Below are positions 28,575 through 40,300 of a stretch of DNA of 64,000 bases, piece by piece (position 1 is the stretch's first letter; every line of letters begins with the position of its first letter). The position numbers and the translations under genes were made by a program. The notes beneath the pieces are model-generated. The model saw only the letters and a program-made list of their open reading frames with translations, had not been told where the DNA came from and searched no databases. The DNA lies in NCBI GenBank assembly GCA_013239625.1, contig MU053762.1, positions 85,424-149,423 of the forward strand. Reading direction: 5' to 3'. The DNA is from Lama guanicoe. Taxonomy: Eukaryota.

Positions 28575-28745
28575 AATATAATGGATAGTTTACAGAGCTG
28601 TATCATACAGCACAGGGAAATATAGCCATTATTTATGGTGACTTTAAGTGGAATATAATATATAAAAATGTTGAATCTCTTTGTTGTACATCTGAAACTA
28701 ATATTATAAAAATCAACTACTCGATTACAAAATTTTTAATAAAGT
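28575..28745 (+). mobile_element. Older L1 3'UTR (right half of host element)
   Basis: Resumes aatggatagtttacag...cacagggaaatatagcc...tgttgtacatctgaaac, the expected continuation of the 3'UTR broken at 21060. Confidence 0.8.
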
Positions 28746-28772
28746 TCATATTTTTTGCAATAAGTTAGAAGC

Positions 28773-29063
28773 CAGCATGGTCCAATAGAAACATAATGCA
28801 AGTCACAATTTTCCAGTAATTCCATTTAGAAAATAAAAATAAACAAGTGAAGTTAATTCCAGTAATAGTTGTAATTATCCCACAATATCCAGTATACTAT
28901 CATTTCGTAAGTGTGATTAACATTTTTAAAACTTATTAATAAATATTTTATATTCTTTATGTTGTACTAAGTCTTGAAAATCCATTATGTATTTTCTACT
29001 TATAGAACATCTCAATTCACAACAGCCACATGTGGCTGGTGGCTACCATAGCAGACAGAGCAG
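28773..29063. mobile_element. MER33/MER3-like hAT-Charlie MITE
   Basis: cagcatggtccaatagaaacataatgcaag...gccacatgtggctggtggctacc termini. Confidence 0.65.
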
Positions 29064-29234
29064 ATTACACCATTCACATTTCTGATAATTTACCTGCTCT
29101 CTTACTTGCAGAAAAGGCTTTAGATATTCCCTATCTCAAGCAAAGCAACCTTGATGGGTGGGGAATATCTTCATTACAATGTGAAAAAGAAAGTTAAGTG
29201 AGCCATGGTTACATGTATGTTAATGTAACAATAC

Positions 29235-29359
29235 CTTCTTAATTCATTCAGGACTTTACATTTTTCTTCATATGCCAAGGATTCACTGTCACTGGGCAAT
29301 GTTTTTCACTATTATCATCTTTGGCATTAAGAGGTTTCTGATGACCCTTCTTTGTGCAT
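29235..29359 (-). pseudogene. KLHL2: Isolated KLHL2 (Mayven) exon 2 copy with intronic flanks, frameshifted
   Basis: ttttatgtacag|ATGCACAAAG...AATTAAGAAG|gtatt; CTKKGHQKPLNAKDDNSEKHCPVTVNPWHMKK(frameshift)KVLNELR vs human CTKQGHQKPLDSKDDNTEKHCPVTVNPWHMKKAFKVMNELR. Not in the ORF track. Confidence 0.92.
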
Positions 29360-29415
29360 CTGTACATAAAACAAAATAACAAAACAGAGGAAAAGACCTT
29401 ATTAAAGATAATTTA

Positions 29416-29575
29416 GGGGGGAGGATAGAGTGCAAGTCAAAGAGCATATGCTTAGTATGCACAAGGGCCTGTGTTCAATCCCCAGTACTTCCTCTAAAAA
29501 TAATATAAATAAATAAAAACCTAATTACCACCCCCATGCAGAAAATTAATTAATTACTTCAATTAAAATTTTAAA
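29416..29575 (+). mobile_element. tRNA-derived SINE (Vic-1-like)
   Basis: ggggggaggatagag...gcttagtatgcacaagggcctgtgttcaatccccagtac...cctaattacc. Confidence 0.8.
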
Positions 29576-32500
29576 AAAGATTATTTTGTGCAGGCTTATC
29601 AGGCTACAAGAGCTACAATGAATGCCCCTCCCACCCATTTAGAGGAAGTCTCACAGTATTTCCCAACATAAAGGCTAAAATGTAATTCAGAACACTTTCT
29701 GATGGTTAGCATGATTTTAACAAACAAGTAGATAATTACCGCCCTGGTGTCAAAGCTCTGTCAGAGACGGGCACAGAAAATTTAGTAAAAATGGTTTTGC
29801 AACTACCTTCAAAAGAAATGCTGAGAAATGGTCTTTTCTGCTGGAAGTTAACCTGCTTTTACATTCTGCAGTAGGCATTTTTAACAATAAAGTCCTTTGT
29901 ACAGTTTTTCAATTGCTATGTGACTTTGTGTCAGTCTCTCACTCAGAAGCAGAAAGGAGTACCAGGAAATGACACATCATGTCTAAAACTACAGATGTGG
30001 AAGATGAACGTACACCAGGAAACAGCTAAGTGGGAGGGTAAGGTTTAACTTTTAAGTTACCGTAAGTGCAGTTACACCTTCTCCCTGCTTCCCCTGTGAA
30101 GTGAAGTGCTAGTCTTTTACAGAAAAGCTCTCATTCTGAGAACTGTCTTCTTTAAAATATTTGGAGATTCTTTTTTAAGGTTCTTTCACTTTTAAGTCTT
30201 TCCCCAACTCTACATCCCATAACCAGGATTAAAATTATCCAATAGCATATTGTTACAGAACATGCTCCACATGAGCTGAGCTTTCCCAGGGTTTGGATCC
30301 CAGAACTCTGCTATCAGATAATCCTAAAGCCTTCCATCCATAACTGACTCTTCTGCCAATTCCCAGCTGCAGGCAAGGTCGGCTTCTCAGACCAGGTAAC
30401 TTTCTAACTCTGCCTACGAACACTCTACTGTCAGTAAGAAACTCTCAGACAGGAAACAAAGCCCTTAATGAGGGCTGCCTCCTTCAAACAATCAAGATGC
30501 CATCACCAAGAAAATATTTAAACCTACTGCAAAAATTCTGAAGACATCTTACAAATAATATAGTTTCTCTAGATGCATACTATTTGCTCTGGAATAGTGA
30601 TTTCCAATGGAGGGAACAAAGGACCACATGACCCAAGCAATTTTTTAAAAATGCACATAACCACCCCTCTTTATGCGAGGATTCAGGCAAGCCCTTTTTA
30701 CAGGTCTATGTACAACAGAATGACAGCACCTCTGGGAGAAGGGTGAAAAGCAGCTAGGTAGACTTTTAGTGAAAGGGGGTGATGTAATTGGCCCCATCGC
30801 CCACTTGCCTCCCACCACAGACAATCATCTCAGATCGAGAACAAACACTTTAGGAAACAAAGGTTATGTTTTTATGGTTTTCTGGTGGAAATAATGCCCT
30901 GGGTGTGTCATGTGAAGTTGTGGCTGCAAAACTGAATAGGGGACCAGACATTTTCACATTCAAGACACAAATACTCAGCCCCCAGGTGGCCACCATCTCT
31001 GCTCTCCCCTTTGCCTGTTCACCCCAAAAGCTTCAGTTCTCCCCTGCTTGCAATGAGTCACCCACCTCTTCTCACAAATTTCTGCCAAGTTCACGTCAGC
31101 AGCTGGTGGTGTCAAAGTCACCATTTGTACTGCTCTGAAGTCCCTCCATTACTTTATATCCCTTCTAGTTTCTCTGTTGTCTTCCTAGCTACACTTGCAT
31201 TCAGAAGCTGGTTACCGTACTAACATTGTCTCTGTAATCAGTCCAGGATATAGGAAGCAGAGATACAACTGTAACCAGTCCCAGGACACTTGTCATGCCA
31301 TTCTAGTTTCCCAACAAAATACTCTGGCATCCCTCATCTCACTCAAAGAACCACCGCATTGCTTAGTTTGTAAAAGTAGAGGGCTTTCTCCTCTGGGAAC
31401 ACTGTGGCTTGTGGTAGTTGTGATTTCAGTTTTTGCAACTAGTTACAGGCAAAAAGATATGTTCTGCAAATTTTCTTCAAGTGTTTGGAATTTAAACTTT
31501 TATTAGATACAGAGCCAGTGGACTAACTGTAATCTATGAACATATGGTCATATTACCAAATAAAGTTCCTGTCTGCCCAACAGACATGTAAGAACTTGAA
31601 TTACACCTGCATCATGTAGGACTTTAGAATTGGATGTGAAGCATCCTGTGAGATAAAAAACCTCCTATCCAGTCACAGAACACCTTACAGACAACATCAC
31701 ATTAATGCCACTGAATACATTAGTAGAGTCCATGTATGGTTAAGTTACATCTCCAATTTCTCAGAGCTGGAAAGGAGATGTCTAGAAAAGCTGGAAAAGC
31801 CTAATTACCAAAACAGCTCAAAAGTTAAAGCACACTCCTGCACCTCCCAGAGCGGAGGGCAGAGGGTGCATTGCCCACCACCCTGTCCTCCCCCAGGACG
31901 TGGCATGTGGGGAAGCAGGCAGGAGTGGGTGGCTGGGACTCAGAGGTGGAGAGGTGATTAAAGCAGGAGTGGAACTGCTCTGGTCCTAGAACAACAGGGC
32001 TGTAAAAATCTCGGCTTCAGTACATTCCACTCCCTCTCCCACTTTCCCTCCCACCTATGTGACAAACAGAGCAGAGTCAGGCACTTTCTGTCCATGACGG
32101 TGACTACTAGCAGGAAAGAGACCAGGGTAAAAGCATGTCCTATAAAAGATCAGTCTGATTTTAAAGACCATGATATAAACAATGAACAGCACTGTCAGAT
32201 TGGGACACATGTGAGGCGCTCAAGTAGGGAGGAGGAGGTTGAGGATCCATTTCCAGCACTTCCATGTCTTTTATCACTCCTATTTCTGACCTTTCCTTTG
32301 CCACTTTTTGCAGCACTGCCATCACCGGCAGGTAAATGGGCAGCAGTGTGACTTGGCCGTTTGGCTGATGGGGCTACATTTCCCAGCAGTGGAATGAAAA
32401 GGCACTGGAAGAGGATCAGCTGGAAGATGTGAACTGCGGTCCTGGCCTGTGCCAAACACTAACCAGGTGACCCTGGGTTAGGCTCTTAGTCTCTCTGGGC

Positions 32501-33654
32501 TTCCGGCTGTTTACTTATAAAAGAAGGTTTTGTCATTGCACAAATATATCCAATATGAAATGTAATGTGAAAGTCAAACATAATAAGATCTCACCTGCTT
32601 GCCTCAGGGAACTGTACAAGCACTGAACACTATGTGTATGTAAACACAGAGTTAAGAAAACTATTGACGTAAAGTGCTAAACTGAACATGGAGATAAAGT
32701 TTTATGGATTTTCTTGGCTTTCTTTTTTAATTGCAACACTGAATTAATAGTTATCAGCTGTACCCCATACCAGCACCCCTGTGAATAAATAAAGTAGGTA
32801 AGCACTGCCTGGATGCCTGCTATTGCCAAATGCTAAGCAGGTTGAGGGGTATAAAGGACGCTGAACAAGGGAGTCTTCTCCAGTTACCAGCTAAGTGTGG
32901 AGACACATTGGAAACCACCCGGGAATGGTACCAAGTCAGTATTCAAAGCCAAGATTACAGGCTATCGATCATAAAGAGTGCAGGAATACAAAGAGGAGCT
33001 AGAAGTATTTGGAGTAAATAGGGAAGACTCTATGAAGGGGGTGGGGCTCCAACTAGTTCTCAGGGCAATTCTAAGCTGTTTTAACTGAGGACTGGAAAGG
33101 AAAAGGCTGGAAACTCCTGGCTTTTGATAAGGCACAGGTTACCCTAGGGGGTTAAGACACATAATGATTGGAACACATAAGGTAAGGCCAAAATGATGGA
33201 GGGTCGAGACTACCTGGCTGAGATCTGGTTGTGGTAAGTCTTTGACTTGACTCTAGATGTTGGAGGGTGAAAACTTTAGGTTGAAAGAAAGGGGGGCAGA
33301 GAATATCCAAGAATTCAACAGAAGGAAAAATTCATGTATCATAGATGAAAGCTCTTCATCAGAGTATCAGCAATCAGGAAAGACACATGAAACCAAAAAC
33401 ATACAGTTCCAGAAGCTGACAAAATGTGGAGGGTGGTGACAGAAAGATAAATCAAAGACCATTCCAAGCCTTTGGGTATTCAAGACCGAAGAAATGATTG
33501 CCCCATTGAATGTGGAGACATTGCAAGAAAAAGATTATGAAACCAGATTTAGACATGTTGAATCTGACATATAAGCTAAAAGTAGGTGTTCTCTAAGAAG
33601 CTCAAAATTCAAAACTGAAGCACAAATCTAGAGTACAGGCTTTAGATGCAGATA

Positions 33655-34790
33655 GACAAGACCATGATAAATCTCCTGAAAGAAAACATAGGCAAAACAT
33701 TATCTGGCATAAATCTTAGCAACGCTCTCCTAGGGAAATCTACCCAGGCAATGGAAATAAGAGCAAAAGTAAACAAATGGGACGTAGTTAAACTCATAAA
33801 TTTCTGCACAGCAAAGGCAACCATGAGTAAAATAAAACAACAACCTATGAATGGAAGAAAATATTTGCAAATGATACAACAAAGGCTTAATTTTCAGAAT
33901 ATATAAACAGCTCATACAACTTAATACCAAAGAAATAAACAACTCAATCCAAAAATGGGCAGAAGACCTAAACAAGCATTTCTCCAATGAAGACACAAAT
34001 GGCCAATAGACACATGAAAAAATGCTCAATATCACTAATAAACAGAGAAATGCAAATCAAAGCTACAATGAGGTATCAGCTCACACCAGTCAGAATGGAC
34101 ATCTCTCAGAAGTTCATGAGTGATAAATGCTAGAGAGGCTGAAGAGGGAAGGGAACCATCTTACACTGCTGGTGGGAATCCAGGTTAGTTTAGTCATTAT
34201 GGAAAGCATGGAAATCCCTCAAAAAACTAAAAGTAAACTTACTCTATGACCCAACAGTCTCACTTCTTCATATATAACTGGAAGGAACTCCAATGTGAAA
34301 AGATACCTGCATCCCAGTATTCATAGCACCACTGTATACAATAGCCGAGATTGGAGGCAAGCTAAATATATCAACATATGACTGGATAAAGAAGTTGTGG
34401 TATATTTATACACTGGAAAACTACTCTACAATGAAAAGGACAAAATAAAAATATTTGCAGCAACATGGATGGACATAGAGATAGTCATTCTAAGTGAAAG
34501 CAGCCAGAAACAGAAAAATACCAAATGACACCACTCATATGTGCAATCTAAAAAAAGAGAGAAAAAGACACTGTGAACTCATCTACAAAACAGAAACAGA
34601 CTTGCAGACTTAGTAAACAATCTTAAGGTTACCAGTGAAAGGGGGTGGGAAGGGATAAATTTGGGAGTTTGAGCTTTACAAATGTTAGCCACTATATATA
34701 AAAATAGATTTTAAATGAAGTTTCTTCTATATAGAAGAGAAACCTATGTTCATTATCCAGCAATAATCTATAATGAAAAAACCAATACAG
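33655..34790 (+). mobile_element. 5'-truncated L1 (ORF2 C-terminus + 3'UTR)
   Basis: [31 protein letters not shown], then 3'UTR. Confidence 0.92.
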
Positions 34791-34859
34791 CCACCAACTG
34801 AGGAAGCAAGAGAAGAAAAGAGATTTAGTTTTGCTGGGCTACAGCCAACTTCTAAAGAC

Positions 34860-35700
34860 CTTGTCAGCCACTGAGGCTGACCCGAGTACACTGAGCCCTC
34901 CTCCCAGGGACAGGCTGACATGTCATGCGTCCTGCAAACCTGGGGTAACAGAGGCCATCCCCAGATCTGGCCCTGGGGAAGATGGGAGCAAGTCCACCTG
35001 CTCCCCCTGGGGCAGCACCCATCCCCACAGCCCCCGCCTCCAGACCGCACCACGCCTGACTCTCAGGAACACACTGACGTGAAAACAAGTGATCCATGAA
35101 CCTGGGGTAGCAGCGGGGAGATGGGCAGCGACCTGGCAAGCTTGTCGATTTGCCCCCATCTCCCCCAAGGCCTGTCCTGGGCTCGGCCTCTGCTGCTCCA
35201 GGCATGGTCCCCAGGTCAGCCTGCTCCCAGGAGGAGGGCGTGGTGTGCTCGAAGGCACTGGCGGGTTATGGGGTTTGCCCATGGGAGCCTATGGATTTGC
35301 TTCAAATTCCCCAGTGCATGGCCTGGGCTTGGCCTCTGCTGCCCCAGTTTCGTGGAACTCAGGTTACAGGTCAGCCTGCTCCTGGAAGGCGGGTGCTGTG
35401 CTGTCAGGGAATGGCGGCGGCTGCGATGGCGGGATTGGGGCTGCCCTGTGAGAGCGCGGGGGTTGCGACCATTTCCCGCTGTTGCTGCAGCCATCCCAGC
35501 ACACTGATCGCACTGCGCCCACCTCCCAGGAGCAGCCTGACCTGTAACCTGAGTCCCACGAATCTAGGGCTTTAGAGGCCGCCCCCAAGGTCAGGCCACG
35601 GGGAAGATGGGAGCAAACCCAGGGACTCTCGTGGGACAGCCACCATTCCATCCAAGGCCCCGCGACCGCACCGCACCCGCCTCCCAGGAGCAGCCCATCG
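34860..35700. repeat. Diverged GC-rich ~150-160-bp unit array with inverted central units
   Basis: cctcccaggagcag at 35522 and 35680; reverse-oriented ggtcagcctgctcc at 35214 and 35369; ggggaagatgggagcaa at ~34975 and ~35620. Confidence 0.8.
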
Positions 35701-36300
35701 TCTGAGGGCCAGTCGGAGATACTCCGGAGCCGTGCGGCGCCCTCCCAACTCCCGGGGCTGTACTTGCTCTCCTAAACCCGGGTACAAGCGGCGGCAAAAA
35801 CGCGGGGTTCAGAAACTACTAATAGCGGGGTTACCACGAACCACAGCAGCTGCTGGGACCCGCCTCAGTGTCGTAATGGGACGCGCGGCCTAGACCTCAC
35901 CTCCTGTGCTCCTCCCCAGCTGCACAGCCCAGGCGTCACCCGCCGGCTCCCCGGGCAGCACGCCCACACCAGCGCCCCCTTGACTGCCCGGCAGCAGCAG
36001 CCGAGCCGAGGGCAAGCCGTGGCCAAGACCCCAGGCTGTGTTCCTCTTCCAGGAGCTGGTCCAGGAGCTACCAGCTCCCGCCAGCTTCCACGCGTTCTGG
36101 GCGGGTTCCGGGGTCCGCGCGTCTGTCCGTCTGCGCGTGCGCGCCCCTCCTCCTCCCGCCTGCAGCGCAAACTGCTCGCGTGGGTCTCCTGCTTTACCGG
36201 ACCTGGCCACTGGGGCCGGAAGGAGCCAGGTGGGGCCCCTCCTGCTCGTCCCGCCGGGTCTCCATCCCCAGAGCCCTCACCCCGCCACAGACTGGGTCCT
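35700..36300 (-). promoter_or_regulatory. CpG island with NRF1-like motif and a minus-strand splice donor (first-exon-like)
   Basis: Dense CpGs; tgcgcgtgcgcg at ~36132 resembles the NRF1 site; GC boxes; minus-strand GAG|gtgagg donor at 35901/35900. Confidence 0.6.
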
Positions 36301-37440
36301 GGCACTGAACTAGAACCAACCCCACTTCCCCTGCTCAACTTCCCCTCCCTGTTACTACCCTCCCACCCCTGGCCAGGCCCAGTCTCCCACTAGACCTTGA
36401 AGACAGGGTTCCTTCTCCTCGCACCGAGGTCCCTGCCCTGACACTCCATCCTGCTAGTTCCTAACCTATGGCCCCTACACCCACAAGCTTACCCCTCATG
36501 CCTCAGCACAGGACCCCCAACATCCTGAAATTGTCCCCCTCACCTCTCAGCCAGGTCAGTTCCACTCTGAGCGGGCCCCACACCACTTGTACCCCCTCAC
36601 AATGGGATCCCCTTCACTCTGAGTGCACCCATACCCTGAGCTCACTCCCTTACCCCTCACCCTGTGGTTGGGGTGGGGAAATCCGGGCTCCAGTAATGAT
36701 GACTACTGCCACCAGTGGGGGATCCAGCCTAGTGTGCACCTTCATAGTTAATGTCTGAGGCTACAGGGCGAGGCAGGCTGGGCTGAAGGAGGTTCCAATT
36801 CCCGCCCTGGCACCCTGATCCCCGCACCCTGTGCCTCAACTGATCTGATGGGTCAGGGTGATCCCAGGCTGCCAGACACTGGCCTGTGGGCCTTGGGTGG
36901 TTGATGGTCTTGATGGTGATCTGGACTCCTAGGGCGGAGGCACTGGGCACGTGGACCTTTGGGGTGGGGGAGTTCAGAGGGTGCATTGAGCCCAGGGGTA
37001 GACAGTGGTGGGCTGTGTGCATGGGGCTGTGTGCGTGGCCTGGGCTTAGCCCAGGTGGGTGCAGGGACCTTGTTCATTCACACCAGGCCAGAGGGAAGAG
37101 GGACAGGAGTTTTAAAACATCAAAGTTAGGAAGCCACGGCTGGAGAGCAAAGTAGGAAGGTGCACTGGCCAGGCCACCATGCATCCCGCCGCGACGCTGG
37201 CCCCTTGCATCAGGGGAGGCTGGCAGTTGAGTGGCCAATGAGACATCCCCTACTGTGGTATAGTTTACAGGCAATTGAAGGGATTTTGACAAGTAATTTT
37301 AATCCAATAATTGTCACTTTCTCTGCGGGAGATCAGGTCCAAAGTCATGGTGAATCTGGCAGGGATCCTGCCTGAACTCGAGCCTGGGACAGTGGAGGAC
37401 CCTCCCAGGAATCATCCTCTTAGCTCTCACCAAAAGGCAC

Positions 37441-37860
37441 TGTAATATAGAAGAACAAGCCTAACTCCATATTGGATCTGTTCCTTTTCTTTAACCTTCT
37501 GCCCTGTTTTCTAGGCTTAGCCTTGCTAGCTCTGCACCTTTTGTAAAACAATGTTGCCTTTAGCCTGAAATAAACAGGAGAGCCTATTCTCAAAACTCTG
37601 ACCTTTAAGGATATTAACACTTTTGCACTCCTATAAAGATAACAAGTTGCAGAAGAGAAAAAATTTGTTTTGTTGCAGGTTTTACAGGAACACCATGATC
37701 TGACCCATGTGGACAGCTGCAAAGGATTCCAAGAACAAAGAAATTCTACACCAAGAAGTTTGCAACAACCAACTACAGCCCCTCCCCTTTTTAGTAGAAA
37801 GGAGCCTGAAGTCTGACATGGGAAAGATGGTTCTCCAAGATATTAGTCTGCCATTATCTT
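37441..37860 (+). mobile_element. ERV LTR fragment (5' part, TG start)
   Basis: Starts tgtaatatagaag; LTR-like composition; a second copy lies inverted immediately downstream. Confidence 0.7.
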
Positions 37861-37864
37861 GATC

Positions 37865-38149
37865 TGCAGCTGTCTACGTAGACCAGGTCATAGTGTCTCT
37901 GTAAAACCTCTAACAAAACAAAAGTTTTTCCTATTCTGCAACTTGTTGTCTTTATATAAGTGCAAAAGTGTTAATATCCTTAAAGATCAGAGCCTTGAAA
38001 TTTGGCTCTCCTGTATATTTCAGGCTAAAGGCAACATTGTTTTACAAAAGGTGCAGAGCTAGTAAGACTAAGCCTAGAAAAGAGGGCACAGGTTTAAAGC
38101 AAAAAGAACAGATCTTCTATGGAGTCAGATTTTTTTCTTTTCTATTATA
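37865..38149 (-). mobile_element. ERV LTR fragment, inverted copy of 37441-37720
   Basis: Reverse complement aligns to the left arm; the ORF track gives GSPVYFRLKATLFYKRCRASK on opposite strands of the two arms. Confidence 0.75.
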
Positions 38150-39165
38150 GTATATTCTGTTTTTGTTTTAAGTTTATAAGAATAAAGTTTAGCCTTTTCC
38201 CATTTTAAATTGTGCAATTTTAAGGAGCAGTTAGTGCATTCACAATGCTGTGAGACCAACATCACTGGTTTCAGACTATTTCCTTCCTCAAGGTAAAAGC
38301 TTGCATCCAAATCACACCCCACATCCTACCTCCCCCAGCCCGTGATGAGCCCTAATCCCCTTACTCTCTCTATGTCTTTACCTATCCTGGAGGTTCCCTA
38401 CCAAAGAAATCATATAAAAGGTGGCTTTTTTATTTTTTGTCCGCCCATATATCTTAAATAGGGAAGGGTGAATTTTTTGTTTGTTTTCATGTGAATTAGC
38501 ATTTTTGTATTTTGAGAGGAAAATCCAGATGGATTAAAGATGAGACGTACCAAATGAAGCCCTCTTAATAACTCTGTGCATAATCTCGGGGTAGGCACTG
38601 CTGTTCTAAGTGTGAAACCAGAGCCAGAAGGGAGATGCTTAGCTCTTCTTGTAGCAAAATAAAGCCAAACAAAAACAGAAAACAAAGGCCAAGAAAGACA
38701 GCTGGAAAGACAAATCACAGCCTGGAAAAAGCGTTCCTCATGACCCAAGGTCGGAGTAAAGCTTCACATCCCTGTGGTCCAAAAACCTCTTGAAGCCCAG
38801 TGTTCTGAAAAGAAATAAAACACACACAGTCAGTTCCAACGACAGGCAGTGCAGGTGGCCAGTGTGTGCTAGAGATGTTAGACCTCTCAGGTGAGGACAC
38901 AGGCAGACGGACAGACTGCAGAGACAGCATTGGCCACCATCACACTGGCAGGTCTTTAGTCCGGTGACAACTAGCCCTGGTGGCAACGTGAGCAGGCAGA
39001 GGCCCCAGGATGTCCCCTGGAGGGAAGAGCAAATGGACGCTCCTCTGTGGCAGAACAAGGTGCAGGACACATCAAAGTGACACAGTTGCATCCCTTCCCT
39101 AGCAGTGCTGATCCTTAGAGGAGATCCCACCAAAGTTTTTGCACAATTTTCAAAGATAATTTTTC
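38150..39165 (+). repeat. Diverged ~1-kb direct repeat, copy A
   Basis: Collinear with 41805-42820 (aactctgtgcataatctc, cagaagggagatgcttagctct, gacctctcaggtgag, cccctggagggaagag shared). Confidence 0.9.
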
Positions 39166-40300
39166 TTCAGTAACATGAATTCAAAATAATCAATATGTCA
39201 ACAAGGGATTTTCAGAAGTGACCTGCCGTGGGCCCGAACAATACACACACATAAATACACCAATATACACATAAATATATACACACATACATACAGGAAA
39301 AGAGACAGACAGACTGAAACACAGAGAAGCAGGGGGAGACAGAGAAACAGAGAGAGAGGGAGGCAAGTCAGAGAGAGAGGCACTGAGAGACAGAGAGAAG
39401 GAACACTGCAGCTGGTAAAGAGTGGAATTCATGCACATTTTCACAAGTCAGTCTACATGTGAGAGCCTGGTCCCAAAGTCCATCCACCCTCCAGGGGAGG
39501 GTGTGGGGGTCACACAAGGACGTGGGAACAGAAGGCAAAAAATAGGAAGCCATTGTGGGGCAGCCCAACACAGAGGCCGAGATGGGACACTGGGCCTGTA
39601 TGTCAACATGACAGAATGACCTAGGAGGTTGTATGCCAGGGTGGACCATGTCAGAGTTGTATTTATTTTCAGTCTCACGACTGGGAGCTTGGAAGCAAGC
39701 AGCAAGGAATGTGACTTAATCCAGACCCCAGGGCAGACCCCGGCCTGTGTGGCATGTGCTCTGCGCTCCGCCAGCCCTCTGTGGGGTCCTTCCTTTGCTG
39801 AGTCTGTGCATGAGCTCCCTGTGATGCCAGCCCATGGGGGTGACAGATGCAGTAGGTGTTTCTAGGTGTAGGGACAGGATGGCTTCTCTAGGAAGCAGGA
39901 GCCAGAATGATCCCCACTGTGCCGATGAGGGATTGGGGAGACACTGAGAGGCACGTGGCTTGTCCAGGGTAATAGCACTGCTGAGTAGGGGGAGCCAGGT
40001 CTGAACCCAGCTGTGTCATCAGAGCTGCAGCACTGGCTGCATCCAGGCCTCCCCAGGGCTATGGGGGCAGCTGAGTTGGTGTCACTGTGTGTGAATATGG
40101 CATGGAGTGAGAAATGAGAGATCGGCAGCCCAGAAAGGCCCTTGAGGAGCATTGTGTCAGGAGGAAGCTTGGATAAGTGGACTCCAGGAAGTGATCTCAC
40201 TTCCCTGGCAATAGAACCCAATAGAACTTGGAACCGATGTCACCAGGCACCCACTCTGTAGAGAAGTCCCTACGCAGCTCACTGGTTTGGAGGTAGAGGC

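Noticed and set aside
9209..29575. tRNA-Ala-like sequences as tRNA genes
   Set aside because: Diverged, with A-rich tails and multiple copies; these are SINEs.
34860..35700. CRISPR-like or prokaryotic repeat system
   Set aside because: Mammalian context, long diverged units and no repeat-spacer structure.
34727..36393. Dense cluster of 100-157-aa ORFs on both strands
   Set aside because: Explained by the GC-rich repeat array and CpG island.
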